This document shows positions 58,435-64,000 of a stretch of DNA of 64,000 bases, piece by piece; within the stretch, counting starts at the first letter, position 1, and each line of letters begins with the position of its first letter. This DNA comes from Mobula birostris (Eukaryota). The notes beneath the pieces are model-generated. The model ran no database searches. It was not told where the DNA came from and saw only the letters and a program-made list of their open reading frames with translations. The stretch is taken from positions 24,669,821 through 24,733,820 of the forward strand of contig NC_092379.1 of the NCBI RefSeq assembly GCF_030028105.1, written 5' to 3'. The position numbers and the translations under genes are program-made.

Positions 58435-61400
58435 CACATCACGTTACTTCACTCCAGCCAATTCCATTGCTCAGAAGGGGTTAGCAATTCTCCTCTGAAC
58501 GAACCGACTATGAGGAATAATTTGTGGTTTCTTACCGGGCTACAACCGACCAATCGAACCAAGCTCCATAGACAAGTGGCGACAGACAGCAGCGCAAGAT
58601 TAATGGGTAAATAATTTATTTAAATTATGAGGACTTCATACAGTGCAGTGAGACATGGAGGAATGGGTTCAGAAAAAGAGGAAATAATTAGTGAGTAAAA
58701 AAAAAAAATCTGAAAGAGAGAATGTTTAACTATATCGTAAAGAAATATAGAAACAAAGTGAGACTTGTCATTCTTTGTCCTAACGGCATTGCTGAACGCA
58801 GGACAAATATGGAACACTTTAGCACAGAGCAGATACAGAAAGGACACCTAAACAAAATTAGCGGAATTTCTTCCTTTCCAGAGAACTGGCACGAGCGCTG
58901 GGATTGTCACTAAGAAACTCTCTTGTATTGCTCTACCTGTTAAACGGGCAGGCACCGTAAATCCCGAACAGTTTCAGCCAGCAGTCAAAGTAGCTGGTAC
59001 TGCTGTAAGTGTTAATCTTGACAGAAGTCCAAGTGCAAACGAGGACACTCAAGCGGTTGATGGAAGAAAGACAACTTAACATTGTTATTGGAACCAAACA
59101 CATTCATAATGCACATATATTATCAAGTAGCTGAACTTGAGACAGGGTGAGAGACACGTAAACGCACACAATAGCAAACATATGAACAACTTATAAATAA
59201 CATATTCCTTACTGTAAGTAAATTGCACAACGAATGGTAGATAAACGTGCACTTACTATAAAATTAGCCTATCTCCAAAGAAATGTTTTTTACAAAAAAC
59301 ACATGAATTAATATGAGAACAAGAATTAAACCGACCTAAAGACTGCACAATGCTATCCAATAAAGTAATGAGATGACACTACCCGAAGAGTTGACAGAAG
59401 TTCAAATACTTCAGCAATTTTTCATAACCTGACGGTAATTACAAAACACAAAGGTAGAGCTTTCACAAAATGCTGATGACGTATCTGAGCTTACAGGCAA
59501 AATTAATGCAGCTAAACCAATTAATTCAAACAGTGAAAATATATATATATTTACAGATGAAAACTTGATCTTTGGACAAGATAAGTGAAGAATATTAAAA
59601 AAAATAAAGCGAGTGGAATATAATAAAAACTGCAGAATACAACCGAAATTATGAATGAAAATGAAAAAGACAAGTATGTAGTTGAGTATGTAGTAAAGAA
59701 GGAAAATTCAATGTTGGCAATGTTTCATTTGGAATACAAAACAAGGCAGAAACTCCGAGCATTAATAAGACACTAGTCAAGCTGCACTTAGAGTATTGTC
59801 AGCTGTTTTGGGCCCCGTACTCACTAAATATGTGTCATTATTTGAGCAGGCCCAGAAGAGGATCAGGAGTAGACCTATGAGGAAGGTTTATCATATTTGC
59901 ACCCGGACTCACTGGGATTTAGAAGAATGAAAACGATCTCATTGAAATTTTCGAAATGTTGAAAGGGTAAGATATCGAGAGGATATTTCCGATGGTGGGT
60001 CGATACGGAACTGGAGAGCACCACCTCAAAATTGAGGGGCGAACATTTAGAACAAAGATAAGGAGTGACCACTGAGTGGCGACCAGGCGACCAGTTAGAA
60101 AGAAAAAAAAAATCTAATGTCACAAACTGCAGTGGAAACCAAGTCCGTGCCTAAATTTACCACTGAAGTTCATCGTTTCTGATCGGTCAGGGAATCACAG
60201 GATATCGCCAGAAGAAAGGTATATGGAGTTAAGTGCGATGCGAGATCAGCCATGGTGGGTTGGCGGAGCAGACACGATGTACCGATTGGTCTAATTCCAC
60301 TCCTATGTTTTAGGTCTCATGGCGAATTGTTGGAGGGGCGGCACGTTGAGCAGGAAGGGCCTTTGTCGCGTTTTATATCTCTGCAGATAACTAATTAAAT
60401 AATAAGGATTGGTTGGGAAAATCGCAAGCTCCCATAACAGCCTGCAGTTTTGACAGTTTCCTTCTATCAATGCCGTTATTAGACAACAGTGATACTTCAT
60501 GATTAACACTACTACCGCAAGCACCGTGCCACGAGCACGGAGTTAATTGTGTAGGGACGTTCGCCACCTTGTCAAGGAAATCAAATTAAGTTGCGAAGTT
60601 TGGAATACTTAAATTAATGATGCGGAAGAAAGGTATCCAAAGCCATACTGAAGAAAGGTCAGTTGAGTAATACAGCAGTGAATTTCTGGGTGTTCATCCA
60701 GTCAATCGGAGACGTGTCGTCGTGGCTCTTTTTTCAGTGTGATGCAACTGCAGTACACTTCTCCTGGGCTGATTCAAAGCAAAAATGCCTCACATGCAGT
60801 GACCAAACAAAAAAAGCTATATGTGGTCTGGATAGATGAATTGTACGTTTTGTTCAATTCCACAAATTCTTTCGCACCTTAGGTTGAGTAGAAATGCTGA
60901 CAAGGACGTAATTCCTGAAAAGGTAAAACATAATTTCCACGTATCACCGCAGAAATGTTGATCGATTCATGTAATTCAATTCGCCTTCAGACCTGTCGTT
61001 GGTTTTCGGAGCAGTTTGTGTATGTGCTGCTGAAAATTAGCAGCAATTGCAGAATTTCTTCTCGCTAGGTTTGGTATTTCCTAATCAACAAAATTTGATT
61101 AAACAGTTTCCGGTAAATTAACCTATATGAACTAATGACCACAGTACGATGGAAGCGTAGCAGTCAATTAAAAGTAACGAGTAATATATCCCGAATGTTA
61201 ATTTCATTCAATGTTGTCACGAAGTTTTGGAAAAAATAAATCCTGGATCTGGTTTTCTGCAGTGAGCTAGATTTGATGAAGAATCTTAAGATAAGGAAAC
61301 CAATTTTTTAAGCAGTGGTGAGGATATTATAATAATATTCACCCACCAATTTGAGAGGGTCAACCTGATATTGATGCCTCGCTTACAATAAATCTAATTA

Positions 61401-64000
61401 CAAATGTACAAGAGAGGAGCGTGCCAAGTTTGATCATAAGGGAGAGCAGCGATGTTTAACCATGAAAATTGTGGTCTCTGCTTTTCAAGGTTTTCATAAC
61501 AGAATAGCTGTTATTTTTTTTTTTTTTTTTTTACCGAAGTTGCGTATGATATAAATATAGGTGAATTATGGGGTACTGCTGATGAAGCACGGAGCAGGGA
61601 GCATTCACCGGTGGTAGGATAAGCTACGACAATGCTCACATCAGTGGCAGATACATCAAGCAGTTGGAAACGGTCTAAAATGTAATTTGATCGCAGGAAC
61701 AAAGCCGTTGAAAATATTCCAAATAAGGAGTGAATTCGAAAAACTCAGCTGTTTACAAACTTGACAGTCCTACTTCGTGAATCCTTTACGACAACTTGAG
61801 TACTGAGTCTGTGCTAAAAAAGGCAATGTCGATTGTTAGGATCAAATTATAAAAACTGTGATGTAGCGTTGATTATTAATAAAAGGTAAATCGCACTACA
61901 TTTGGCGTTTTGAAAAAGATGTGTGCTCAATGTCCAAAGGAAGAGTATGCTAGTTTACAAGGGAGAACAGTAGAAACTTATGAAAATAACCCCGGGGCAG
62001 ACATATTATCGTAGGTGGAGAGTTTGATGTTTCTTCGGATTAGAACATTGATATGAATTCCATTGTAACATAACCAGTAAAAATGTATTGAGTACAGTGG
62101 ACGTGCGGATGATAGATCCAGCAGCGGGAAAGTGGAGCTTCAGAGGTACTCAACCTCAGAAAAAAAGGACATGGCTTAGATTACAGTAGAATTTTTTTTT
62201 TTTTTTTTTTTTTTTTTTTGCCAGATTCCATATGTGTGGGATTCCTTGTCACAGTATGTTGGGGAAGACATGTACGGTAAATTTCAGGCAGAGGTAAATG
62301 TCTTCTTAAGTCGTAAGTGTGTCAGAATTTGGACGGAGTTGCCAGGAGAATGCAGTTGAGATTTTATTATAAATACACTACGATCCAGCGGCAGACCCAA
62401 TGTTGAGAGTTCAAAAAAACAAAATTTTCTCCGATGGTCTTACGGCCAGATCCCGTGTACACGGTAAAACACGCTGCAATATACCATGGTTTTCATTAGT
62501 TCGATGGACAGCCTCACACACACGAGAAAATAATAATATATATAGTTGATAAATATTGAGGAAGTTCACCAATGAACATACGAGGAGCGTTTGGCAGCTT
62601 TAGACCTATATCATCCTGGAATTTAGAAGATTACAGGGAAAACTCGTTGAAACCTCACAAATGTTAAACCGACTAGACAGGGCGGCTATGAGGGCGATGT
62701 TTCTTCTGGTGGCATTAATCGGAAATAAAGAGCACAGCCTCAAAATTGAGGGGCAACCATTTAATACAAAGGTAAGGAGCGGCCATTTACAACAAACCTC
62801 ATGCCACCGACTGCAGCGGAAGCCAAGTCGGTGCGTACATTTATGGCGGAATCTCACCGTTTCTGAATGGTCAGGGAGTCAAAGGATATCGCGAGAAAGC
62901 AGGTGTATGGAATTGAGTGTGATGCGGAATCAGCCTTGATTGGTTGGTGGAGCAGACTGGATGGGCATGACAGCCTGTAGTTGTGATAGTTTCCTTCTGT
63001 CAATGTTGTCATTCGAAAACAGTGATGCGGCAACATTAACTCTGGTACTGTAGATATCAGACACCAGCACGGAGTTAACTGTGTAGAGACGTTCCTCACG
63101 AAGTCAAGTAATGTGATATAGATTTGAGATTATTTGAATACTGGAAGTAAAGATGCAGAAAAAAATATATCCAAACAAGTATTGAGGAGAAGTCAGTTAA
63201 CTAATACAACATCGTACTTCTCCGTGTTATCTCAGTCAGTCCGCGACCGACCGTCCGGGTTTGTTTTCGGTGAGATGAAACTGCAGTACACATTCCCTAG
63301 GCTACTTCAAAACAAACTGCCTCACATGCGGTGTACAGCCAACAGTCGCCCTGTAAGGACTGTATACATGAGTGATCTCTGCTTTCTGTATACTTCCGAA
63401 TCCTTTCGCACCTTAGGTGGGATACAAAATGCAGACAGGACCTCAATGCATACAAAGTAAAACATAATGTCCACGTATCACCGCACAAACCATGATTTTT
63501 CTAAGAAATTCAATCGGTCTTCATACCTGTCGCTATTTTCCGGAGCAGTGTATATATGTACTGCTCAAAATCTCCACATCGGCAGAATTGTTTCTAATTA
63601 GACTTCGTGTTTCGAAATCAACAATATTTGGTTAAGGAGCTTCAAGCAAATTAATGCCTATGAATTAGTGATCATAATATGATAGAAGTATAGCAGTCAA
63701 TGGAAGATAAGTAGAAACATTTTCCTAATGTGGATTCTATTCAATATGGTCGCGACGGTTTGAAAGAGAAGGACAATCCTGGATTGGTTTTGTGAAATGA
63801 GCTACATTTCATAAAAAAAAAAAAAAAAAAAAAAAAAACTTGTTATAAATAATACATTAGTAAGCAGTGATAAAGATATCATAACATTCACCCAGTTTTT
63901 TTGAAAAGGACAATCTTATATTGATACATCTCTATCAGTAAATCTAGCTACAAATGTATAAGTGAGGAGTATGCCAAGTTTAATGATAAGGAGATGACGA

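Larger units (their letters stand above)
1..62550. repeat. Tandem segmental array of alternating X and Y NAR-TCR units, ~17-20 kb per XY pair
   Basis: Collinear homology of introns, spacers and transposon relics among X1/X2/X3/X4 and among Y1/Y2/Y3; X and Y share more distant homology in the J-to-V-delta intron and the promoter. Confidence 0.9.

Noticed and set aside
1-64000. CRISPR arrays, rRNA, tRNA, prokaryotic operons, or Ig/TCR constant exons
   Set aside because: None recognised; the repeats are segmental duplications, transposon relics and microsatellites.

Overview
Eukaryotic DNA from a cartilaginous fish; a ray is suggested only weakly by the repeat content. The window is most likely part of the T-cell receptor alpha/delta locus and holds a tandem array of NAR-TCR cassettes, all on the minus strand. 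Each cassette reads leader - IgNAR-like V (22-bp RSS) - one D (12/12 RSS) - NAR-type J (23-bp RSS) - intron - leaderless supporting TCR-delta V with a CDR1 Cys (23-bp RSS). Two old paralogous cassette types alternate. I call them X (X1 ~1.0-10.8 kb, X2 ~20.3-24.3, X3 ~37.0-45.0, X4 ~53.8-62.5) and Y (Y1 ~12.1-20.3, Y2 ~24.3-37.0, Y3 ~46.3-53.8). Only X1 (1309-4025) looks fully intact; the other six carry stops, frameshifts, dead splice sites or RSSs, or deletions. The spacers are mostly CR1 LINE fragments, a Chapaev-type DNA transposon relic (four copies), a Penelope-like element (two copies) and microsatellites. No D-delta, J-delta or C exon is seen; these are predicted beyond the low-coordinate end. 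Most unusual observations: a second free-standing 23-RSS just behind the supporting V-delta RSS; an RSS layout that would legally allow chains with three or more V domains; and a NAR V family with Phe in place of the core Trp and paired germline CDR3 cysteines. All coordinates were read by eye; repeat boundaries are approximate.
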